Below, in pieces: positions 21,401-31,851 of a stretch of 32,000 nt of DNA. Under the pieces are notes generated by a model. It searched no databases, had not been told where the DNA came from, and saw nothing but the letters and a program-made list of their open reading frames with translations. Within the stretch, counting starts at the first letter, position 1; each line of letters starts with the position of its first letter. The position numbers and the translations under genes were made by a program. Origin of the DNA: Candidatus Saccharimonadota bacterium (GTDB taxonomy: Bacteria > Patescibacteriota > Gracilibacteria > Absconditabacterales > Absconditicoccaceae); contig CP006913.1 in the NCBI GenBank assembly GCA_000503875.1, positions 900,001-932,000 of the forward strand, written 5' to 3'.

Positions 21401-24400
21401 CTGCTATCTCTATAATCGAAGATATCTCTGGAATAATATTTGGAATTTTTGGTGCTGGTGGAAGTAACGGTAATGAAAAATCTATCTTCGGAATAAAAGA
21501 TGGTAACTCTGGAAGAGTTGGTGGTTCAGGCAACAAAGGAATTTCTGGCAAATCATAATTAAATTGAATAGAAAAATCAAATCACGCTGCCAAGTTAAAG
21601 TCAGGAGGTGTAGGTAAATTAGGCAATTGTGGTAATGGAAAATCTACTGGTGTAAAAACAAATCTTGGTAATGCTATACTAATACCCATATCAACATGAG
21701 AAAGATCTATGTTAATGTTTGGAATTTTAAAAGCTGGTATAGGTATGATTGGAATTTGAGGAAACAAAAATCCGAGACTACAACCATGAGATCCATAACC
21801 ATCACGTGAACATTTTCCACATTTTTTTGTCCAGTTTACTGATAGATCTATAATTACTTGCCAAGTTTTTATAGCTGACAAAATAAGGACTAATGCATCA
21901 ATTCGCTTAGCATAAATTTTCGCATTTACATTTACCCATCAAATCAATGTAGATGATAATGTAGAAACAAAATTCATAATATCCGCCATATACCTATCAA
22001 CAAAGTGCATCCAATCATACAATTGCAATGGAAATTGTTTATATTTTTCCAAAATTTGAATATTCTGTTGTACATTTTTTACCAAAGAAGTAGCCTGATT
22101 ATAAAAAGAAGTAAATCAATCAATGTCTGCTGAAAATGTTGCGCATGTAGAAAGACTACTAACTCTATCCTGAATATGTAACAATAATTCTCTATCTTCA
22201 GCTGTTGGGTTTGGTTTTGCACGTAACCAAACTTCTGTTGTTTTTAATCTTGGAAGAGAAATTAATTTTTGTGAGAAAAATTGAAACTGTCTACCTATAT
22301 CAGTAAATACAGCAGGAATATCATCTATAATAATATTTCCTGTTTGAGTAACAATATCTCAATTAATAACTTTTTGAAGAAATATTTTTTCTTTTCATGC
22401 CGAATCAATGAGTTTCTTAAGTGTTGTTGATTGCTTATTCATTTTGTTAATTTCAATTATTTCTTCTTCTAAGAGAACAAGATCTCTCTTTGCTTGAGCA
22501 GGTGTTATACCTCCACAAATAGAAGCCAATTCATGAATAGCCTCGAGCCATTGTTTAAGTATTTTTTGTTGATTTTTAAGCCATCATCTAAGATAACTAT
22601 CATATTTCAAAAGATCATCAGTTGTTGGTAATGGAATTTTGAAAACAATATCTTTCGTATATAAATCCACCAAAGGAACTGATTGAAACATAGTGATAAG
22701 AGATTCAAATGGATTGTTTACTGAAGATGTCATTGCGTTAAAATTTTGTTTTGATCAAATAGCCTTAAGATTATCTAAAGTACTTTGATCCTTAGAAACA
22801 TTTGCATAATTAGCATCATCTTCTTGTGATTTTTCACTTGCGTCTGACCAATCTGCTGCAGAAAACAATGAATCAAATCCATCTGCTAATTGAGAAACAT
22901 CTGGTAAGGTAACATTTATAGTAAGTTTAGTCAGATTATTAATCATATATTTAACTTGTCTACCCAACCAATCTTTGACTAAGGATTTAATAATTCCTTT
23001 TGCATTACTATCCTTAATTTTGAGATCTATCTTTGGTCATTTAACAAAACTCAATGCATCAAAACCAAAACCACTTTCCATTCATCAATAAGAGGTTGTA
23101 CTACGTTTTTTTGTTGGTTTTGAATTAAATGAAATATATCCGAATCAGCCAAAATTTCAATTTGGAACTGCCATTGTCCAAGAAGAATTTTGAGATCCTA
23201 ATGAAGAAAGTCTAAAAGCTGATGGATAAGTAGGTTGTTGAATAATCAATGTATTTGATACTACTTTTGCCGATGATTGTTGAAGTGGTTGTTCACAAGA
23301 ACCATTATTTGCTAAATCAGACATCCAAGGTTCTAATTCTTCTGTAACTGGTTCATCACCAGATCATGATCATCCTCCATTACAAGCATATAAAGGAAAT
23401 GCTACGACAACACAATTTCCTCACAAATCCCTAAAAAGAGGTGGGATAGCTTTTCAAAGAGTTGTTGGTCCAAAACAAATAGCAACTCCCATTTGAAGTG
23501 TTAATGTAGGCACAAGGTAAAGTCTTACCCAAGATGAATAAGATCATACTTGAGGTCATCCAATAAAAAAGTCATCGCTACCAGCCATTCTCACAGGAAA
23601 CCCAAAAATATCTGGCAAAGGAAGGTATCCAGCTGGCGTTGGTCATCGATTACCAGGCACACTGAGAACAGGAAGTCCTTTTCCTAATGTACTACTAATT
23701 GGTTTTAAAAGATTTTGAAAACATCCAAAAATATGATATTCTCATGCCCCCAAAAACGCTTGATTGAATGGTATTTTATTAAAAGGAACTGGTGGTTGAC
23801 AACCGGCTTTTGCTCACAATTTAAATCACTGACAAAGACCATCAAGAATTTTATCTATGTCTTCTGAAACAGGTGCCATCAAAGTATCCAAAGCTTTCAT
23901 ATCAAAAGAAAGATTTGCCTGTCACTGAGAAAACAAATCGGTAACTGTCCATGATTCAAAAAGACCATCCATATCAATTTGATCAAGTATATCATTAACA
24001 CCATCTTGATAATTCGATGCTGATGATCAAGAAGCAAAAGAGTCTGAAGATGTAGTTGGCATTGATCATGCCAAAAGAGCATCTCATTCAGCTTGTCACT
24101 TAGCAGTATATACATCTAATTTCGCTTGAATATTATCATATACTTCATCATAGTTTCTATGACTTTGCGAAGAATTATTAAAAAATACTCGTCTATATTT
24201 TTTACAACTATCTGCCGGGAAAACAATAATATCAGAATATGTATCTTTTTTCTTGTTTGCATCAGAAAACAATACATCCTTAACTTCTATAGAAACCGTT
24301 GGCTCTCAAAGATAAACAACATCATAAGAAAAACGTAAAGACTGACGAAAATCTAAATTAATATCATCTAATACAAAAAGAGCTTCATCGGAATCCAGCC

Positions 24401-27400
24401 ATGTAATATTTTCCTCGGTAAAATTGCCCAATTCTTTTTTGAAAGAAAGTATTTTGTCTGCATCATCAGACAAAATTTCCCAAGGTCAAATCAAGCGGTC
24501 TATATATGTCGCCTCAATATTATTTTTTAGTCAGAGAATTGTTGTCGTTATTTTAACAACATCTCAACTCAATAAAACACCACCATTATTATCTTTGTAT
24601 TGCTTATATACACTAAGAGATGCATCACCAGAAAGTTGAAGAAGCGTTTTGTATCATATATCATCCAAAGAAGAATTTTCTTCATAACTAGGGATATAAG
24701 AAATAGGAGCAACTGTTAATTGGTTTGAAAGACTATCAGCAGCAAGATTTTGAAAAGAATTTGCCATTCATCAAACAAAACTTCACAAATCAAGATCCCC
24801 CATTTCTGGATTCATAGAACCTGTATCGGTAACCAGGTCATTTACTTGATCCGAAGATATTGGTGTCTGAGCATCGATACTCCAGCCTTTAACATGAACC
24901 ATACTTTCATCTTGAATATAGAAATCTGGTTCTATAACTACGCCATAACTCTTCACCAAACGGACGCTTTCTTTTTGTCTAGCATGCCAATCATCATCAC
25001 AAGCATATTGCAAAGTAGACACATAATGTCATTGTCCATTTTTAGATCAACCATAAAATATTTTAATATCTCATATAACATCATTGGTAACAATATCTAT
25101 ATTTCCATCTTTATCCATATCCTCAAAAAACAATTGCTGTAATCATGCAACAGATTCTGGATTTTTTTGGATTTTTGTTCCATCAGCATTTATATTTAAA
25201 CATATCATATTCCCATCAACATCGAGAACTCATTTATCATTTTTATAGACTCTCAATTGTTGATTATTTGTCCATACCAATATATCTGGATAATTATTTC
25301 AATCAACATCTCCTACAAAAATATCTTTAATACTATCAGACAAACGCATCAAGTCTTGCATGTTTGTATAAGGATGCGTTCCTCAATAATTTTTTAATAA
25401 TTTGATAGTTCCATCACTAAACACAGTTATAATATCTGTAAGCCCATCATTATTAATATCAGTATTCAAAACTTTAAAAATAGCCTTTGATGTATTAGTA
25501 TATACTTGTTCACCTATTCATAAATCAAGATCAACAGATTTTATTTCGACATTTTCAGATATTCTAGACAATAGTGGATCTCAAAAATTTATAAGAAATT
25601 GTGAGCCAAAAGGGATTGTTGATTCTCAAACCGTTTTTCCATCACCAAATAAAGTAATGTTTTTAAAATCAGATCTAAATCCAATTCCTTCTGCATAACT
25701 TGTACTATCTTCTATAGAAAGATATCCTTCTTTTTCAAACGTCCCCAAAAGATCAATAATTCAGATTCCTTTTTCTCAATTCGTTGTTCATTCCGCAAAG
25801 GTTATTGTTTTATCATATGCAATACTAGAATAGACAACAACTTCAGATAAATCTAATGATTTATTTGCTGCTTGAATAAAATACAATTTTCAAAGCTCCT
25901 CTTCTTGATAAATAACATTCCAAATACTATATCCTTGATCCATTTTTTCTGACAACTCAATAGACAATCATGAATTCCAAATATCTTTTTTGAAATTAAA
26001 TAATACTTCTCCACTAAATGATAAACTATTATCAGTAAGTTCAAAATTTAATTCTTGTAAAGAAGTGTTTTTAGAAAATACCAAAGAAGCCGAATCTTTT
26101 TTAGACAATTCTTTTGCTGTCTGAAATGGATCTTCAGATGAAAAAAGTGTAAGCGGTTTTGCCTGAGTAAGTGGAATATATCAAATTCCATCAAATTCTG
26201 CAACCAAAGATCATGAAAGAATTTGTAAGGTAACTTCACGTTCAGAAAAATTACGAACTTGACCATGCTCAGAAACAACAGCTGCAAATTTTTTGATACG
26301 TGATGGCTCTACAATTTGGGTAGTAACTGACAAAAGTTTTTCAGAAGAAGAAACTAAATCAGGTACATATGAAGGATCCAAAGCATCTTGTGTCCAAAGA
26401 TTTCATCGATCAGAACCAAAAAGATTAAGATACATAACATTAAGTTTTTTTTCAGGGAGAAATTTTTCTTGAATAACTATTTTTTGATAAGCGGGTGATT
26501 GTTGTTCTAAAGCAAGATCATTTATAGATGCATAAACATATCAAATTCCACCTTTTTCTTTTGTTTTTAAAGAGAAATTATATTGCTCATCACTTACTTG
26601 AACAATTTTTGAAGGAAAATCTAATGCTCAGGTAAATCCCAAAACCAAAGATGTTGGTGTTGAAATAGTATTGCCCCATGCGTCGGTAACAGACAACGAT
26701 CCGCTCAAAGATTCTCAAATAGAAAGAGATGCTGCTGATGTAGTAAGATTAACATGATATGGTTTTCATGAAGTAACAGTAACGGGTATAATTATCGGAT
26801 CTAAACCAGGAATTTGTATCCAGATTTCATCAGTTCCTGCACGATAACTTGGCATAAGAAAGATAGCTTGCTCTGCTTTTTCCAGAAAGAAAGATCCCAA
26901 AGAAACAAAATTTCCCGAAGAGACAACTCAAGGAGTAACCAATCAATTTTTACTAAAAATAGTAAATGGTGTTTGTAATTGAGAGCCATCTTGAGCGCGC
27001 AAAGAAACAATAATTCTCGGTATTGTAGAATAGGTAGAGTCAATTTCTGTAAGAGTAAATTCTAATTTTGATTGTGCTTTATTGTTGGTATAAAGTTTTT
27101 TTGATCAAAAAGATACTTGAAAATCCCCTGGGGTAACAGTAATCGTTTTTTTGGCACCAGCATCTGCTCACGTAAGAGAAAATGTTACTGTGGTCGGTTT
27201 ATTAACAATTGGTGCCTGGTAAACAAGCATAGTATTATCAAAATCAGAAAACTCCATACTCTGTGGTCAAGGAAGTCCTCCTCATATAAATTCTCAGTTT
27301 CCTGTAGCAACATAAACGACATAAGAATCCATAACTCTTGAAACAGAATTACCAGAAAAATCTTTAGCAGATATTGCTATAGGTAATTGCGATCATGCAA

Positions 27401-30400
27401 GAAGTTTTGTTGTTGGAATTTCCAAAGAAAATGTTTTGATTTTTGGTAATAATGAAGTATCATCTCAATCAATAAGAACAATATTTGATCGATATTCTGA
27501 AATATTTCCAGAAAAATCAGCTCATGGAGATTTTTCAGAATTTGTTATCTTACTAAAAGAATTTTTCCAATCATCAAAACTACCCTTCAATCACGATAAG
27601 AATTCTCCAAATGATGGTCCAACTTCCATAGATACATCAAATTTTACTGAAGAACCCAAGGTACTCCACCAACATTGTAATGCAGTAATCCAAGGCATTT
27701 TTCATTTACCTTCTTTTTCTTTTAGATCAAAAATAAGCTCTGTATAACTAGAATCTATTCAACATTGACGTCTTGTCGCAGAAAAAAGATCATTTGATGC
27801 CAAAACAGAATCCTCAATAAAAGTATTGGCAACTGTTTTTTTGTTATCTTGTAATTTTTGGATAAATTTAGGTATTTCTGCAGCAGAAATATAATCAGAT
27901 CTATCAGAATTAATATAAGCGACTTCATATCATGAGGCATTATACGCTGGTGTAATCAGAGATCATTGATCTGGATGTTGAGTAAGATATCCTGAAACAA
28001 TATATGATATTTTTTTGTTTAAATCAAATGCTGTTCTAGTGGCATTCAAATCTTTATCTACATACGTTTCTTTTTGTTTTGTATAGACAGGCAATGTTTG
28101 ATAGTATAATAATTCAGCCAAATCATAAATACGCTGTTTACCAATCAATGACACAAAGAAATCTTCTGGCAAGTAAACAGTAGAACGAGTATTTGGAGAC
28201 GCAAGTGAATCTGAAGTAGCAAGAAAATTAAACGCCGCTGGATTTTTATTGTAATGTTGTTGACGAGTTTTTTCTTGAGCCAAAAGAAGCGTATTATATT
28301 CTTTCGTTTTTGATAAAAGATAATCGAGCATCGATTGATTGATTTCTTCTATAGTCTTAAGGGTAAGAATAGATCATTCTTGTTTATATACCGGTATATC
28401 ATACACATTTGGATATACAAATGTCACCAAGCTTCATCACAATCATTGGAATGTTATACTTCTTGGTCAATCTATTGGCCTATCTGCAGTTGTTTGATTA
28501 AGTCATGGTGTTTTTGTTAGTGGTGGTACTTTATCAACTGTTTTAATTGAATTAATTCCAGACAAAACAAGCGGAATATCAGAAAGAAAGCCTGTTTCTG
28601 TGGCTGCATCTTCAAATGAAGCTTCAAATCATGAAAGAATTTTTATTTCTATAGGCGTAGGTGTTCAATCAATATCCTCAGTAACTGTTGTTGTTCTAAG
28701 TGTATAAAGTGTTTGAGATAAATTATTCAATGATCAGGTAAGTGCATCTATGTAATCACAAACCTGTTTATAAAGATTTGCACATCAACAATAATTAGCA
28801 GTTACGGTTCAACAATTTTGAAGATCATTTATATTTTTTCTCTTTGTTGCCAACAATCATGTAGCAAAAGCATTTGTTGTTGTAATAGATGTATACACTC
28901 AGTTAATCTGAGCAAAAGAATTTGGTAATGAATTATATTGATTTCTTATAATAATAACCTTTTTTTTCAAATCATTACTCCAACCAGAAAGAAATTGTGT
29001 TTTTTGATTGTAGAGCGATTCTATTTCTTGTATTCTATCAAAATAAGACAAAACTAATCAAAAACTCAATGCTGGTAACAAATCAGAACTTTGTTCCAAT
29101 GAAGAAAAAACTCAAGAAAAAGTCTCAATATATTCTTGGTGTCCTGTTTGAGAAAGAATATTTTTAGCTCAAGACAACAAAACAAGAGGATCAGAAGATG
29201 TTAGAGAGACAAAAGAATTAATACCAGAATTAATTTCTTTATTACCAGAAAGCAAAGACAACAAACCAGAATAAGATTGAGAAAAAGAAAGTTTAGAATC
29301 CTCTTGAAGGGATAATAATTCAGTGTTTAAATAATCATAATGTTTCCAAAACAATCCTTGTTCAGAAAATTCATTTTGATAGGTCCCATTAATTTGATCA
29401 GGCGTTGGAGCTGTGTTTTTTACTCTAGAATCTATTGTTTTGTAGGTATAATCAAAGATTTCTCTTTTCCCATCACATTTTCATCACATAGAATCTGAAG
29501 ATTTTCGTTCTTGATTTATTCAATTTACATCAATAGTTTTCCATTTTTTACTTCACTTATCATCGGATTTATTCCAAATAGAAAAATAATCAAGCTCCTC
29601 ATATGATTTACGAATTTTTTTTGTACCAATAAGTTCTCTATATCAATCCTGTTCAGAAGAGTAAATATCCAATGGGTATACTTCAGCATCTTTATCTCAT
29701 TTTAAATATTTAGGATAATCCAATACTCAATAACGATCTTTGACTTTGATAACCGAAGGAAATGATTTTGCACCCAAAAATGAATATGCTGCAGTTTTTC
29801 CTGTAGCAACAGCAGAAGATCAACCTATATTATAAATAGGAAACATTGCTGATAAATAATCATATTGTTGAAGTTTATATACCGGAGGATTTGCAGACAA
29901 TGCACCAGAATCTAGATTAAGACTCGATGCTCATCATCGACCTCTAAGAGAAAAATCTTCTACAGTTTCATCTTTTTCTCAAACACTTTTTGTCTTTTTT
30001 GTCATACAAAAAATATCTATTCGCAAAATCCTAAAATATCTACTACAGCTTATTTGTTTTTTTTGTTTAACTTTATTTTCATTATAGGTGTCATAATCAC
30101 CGGCAGCCGCCATAATATTATATCCTCTATTTGCCTCTACTTGTGTAGCAAAAAGACTATTACTAGCTCCTAATGTTTTTCCATTAGAAGAACCATATCC
30201 TGTATTCAAAAGAGCAACTCCAGAAAAAGAATCTAAATTTCTAAAAGTTCATCTATACGCACTAAATTCTTGTGCTGAAACTATATCTTGAGCAAATGTA
30301 CCAAAATAATAATTTTTATAGAGATCATTTGTTGTTCTTTCACACCAACGTTTAGGAAATATTCAGATTCGTTTCTTTTTGTTAGTTCGATCTTGATGAA

Positions 30401-31598
30401 GAGATTCTGCTATAACAGGGATCGTCATATACCAATTATTGCTCTCAATCTTTTTATCCAATGCTTCTTCCATAGCATCATTAAATGAAATCATAATAGG
30501 CGATATTCATTTTCATGCATCTCAAAGAGTTAGAGAATCTTTCAATGCTACTTTATGGATATGAGAATCTACTCCATCAACCCGTTCTCCACTTCCTGTC
30601 TTTTTATACCATCTTGCTGCGGCCTGCGTGTTGTCTTTGATTGTTGACAAAAAGACACCAGGATAAAGATTTTCATATCTCGTGATTAATTCTTTTATAA
30701 CAGACAACAACATAGTTGTTGGAACACTTGATTCACCCAGAGCATCAAAAGTACCAGCTCATGATAACATAATTTGGGTTAATTCTGGGTTGTTTTGAGA
30801 GACACTTGCCAATCAATCAATCAAATCAGACATATCATCATTTTGAACTTGTTTGAAATAATCAAGCATCAAATTGGTAAATCTATGATATCATATATCC
30901 TCTGTAAACAAGAAATTATTGATATAGAAAGGGAGTGTATCTTCAGCAAATGTTGTTTTCATTGCAACAAAATCATCATACCATAGAAGTGGTGCGACGA
31001 AATCAGCTGGGGCAGCTGCATATTTTCTTAATTTTTGGAAAAAATCATGATATTTAGAATCTTCTGATCAAAAATTAAGTATTCAATGCCAGATTTCCGC
31101 CTGCCCCCTTGGATTATTGTTATACACAAAAAACTGTTGATTTGCATCATAGACAAATTGTTGCTCTTCAAAATCTACATACGGAAAAATCGTAGGATAG
31201 ATAAATCCATTATTTTGAACAACTGGCAACGGAATATCTCAGATAAAAACAGCTCATAACAAATCAGATGTTTCTCATTTTATACCATCAAAATACATAT
31301 TTTCCAACATTCTCACCACATCAATTGCTTTGAAATTTTGAGTATTAATAGGTAAAACCAATGCTTTAGAATTGGAAATACGTTGTTGAATATAATCAGT
31401 AGCATACCATTCAATATCACTTTTTGCATTTTGATAAATATCTTTATCTACAAAAACAGCCACCAAATGAGTCCTATCCAAGGGGTTTTCTGCAAAAACA
31501 GATCAAAAATCAACAAAAAACCAACTCTGTAAAAAGTAGGACAAAGAATATATAAGCAACAAAAGTCAAATCAAATGCCTTTTATGCAAAAAATACAT
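18411..31598 (-). CDS. Giant secreted/surface protein, ~4,395 aa, as a single ORF under table 25
   Basis: I checked every minus-strand codon in the frame whose plus-strand triplets start at positions divisible by 3, either by hand or via the ten same-frame track ORFs (19989..20246 through 31275..31481). No TAA or TAG occurs between TAG at 31760-31758 and TAA at 18413-18411, and well over 100 in-frame TGA are present. The ATG at 31598 gives a signal peptide (MYFLHKRHLIGLLLLIYSLSYFLQSWFFVDFGSVFA/ENP). An alternative ATG lies at 31649. Confidence 0.85.
21415..21790 (-). other. Proline-rich periodic module within the giant ORF
   Basis: FPQIPIIPIPAFKIPNINID ... FPLPQLPNLPTPPDF ... LPEIPLLPEPPTLPELPSFIPKIDFSLPLLPPAPKIPNIIPEI, with recurring (I/L)P-x-(I/L)P units. 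Confidence 0.55.
25040..25470 (-). other. FG-GAP/VCBS-like calcium-binding repeat block within the giant ORF
   Basis: Four spaced DxDxDG-type motifs in beta-strand context: TDINNDGLTDIITVFSDGTIKL, VGDVDGNNYPDILVWTNNQQLRVY, LDVDGNMICLNINADG, EDMDKDGNIDIVTNDVIGDIKIFYGG. Confidence 0.5.
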
Positions 31599-31851
31599 GC
31601 TTGTTTTTCAAGATAAAACTTTCAAACAAAAACATAACAAACAATACATCGCAACTATACAAAAACAAAATCAAAAATAAACAAAAAATCAGATTTTATA
31701 TGCTTTTTCAAATTGACAATTAACGTTAAATGTATACCATCTCTTATGTTTGATCCACTATGGCAAATTTAGGGTTTTAAATATGAAAAAATTCATTATT
31801 ATAAAAAAGATGACAACAATATATTTAGTCACTAATTAAAAAATCTAATAT

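Noticed and set aside
21237-21558. Two overlapping plus-strand ORFs, one of them Gly-rich (GAGGSNGNEKS...GGSGNKGISGKS).
   Set aside because: They are antisense shadows of the proline-rich coding segment of the giant minus-strand ORF (CCN antisense gives NGG).
24126-28520. Plus-strand track ORFs inside the giant gene (24126..24338, 24424..24639, 24750..25142, 25145..25330, 25402..25698, 27117..27341, 27436..27747, 28335..28520), and off-frame minus-strand ORFs (for example 23897..24115, 25853..26287, 26801..27043, 27755..27940).
   Set aside because: They are low-complexity, Cys/Ile/Phe-rich translations typical of non-coding frames in AT-rich DNA. They are fully contained in the continuous 13.2-kb frame, which has coherent domain content.
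31599-31851. A possible upstream extension of the giant ORF to ATG 31649, and promoter hexamers (TTGACA at 31713-31718 on the plus strand) in the divergent intergenic region.
   Set aside because: The extra 17 residues (MYCLLCFCLKVLSGKTS) add nothing signal-like, whereas the ATG at 31598 gives a canonical n-h-c signal peptide. The TTGACA lacks a convincing -10 and points toward rarA from too far away. No promoter is called.
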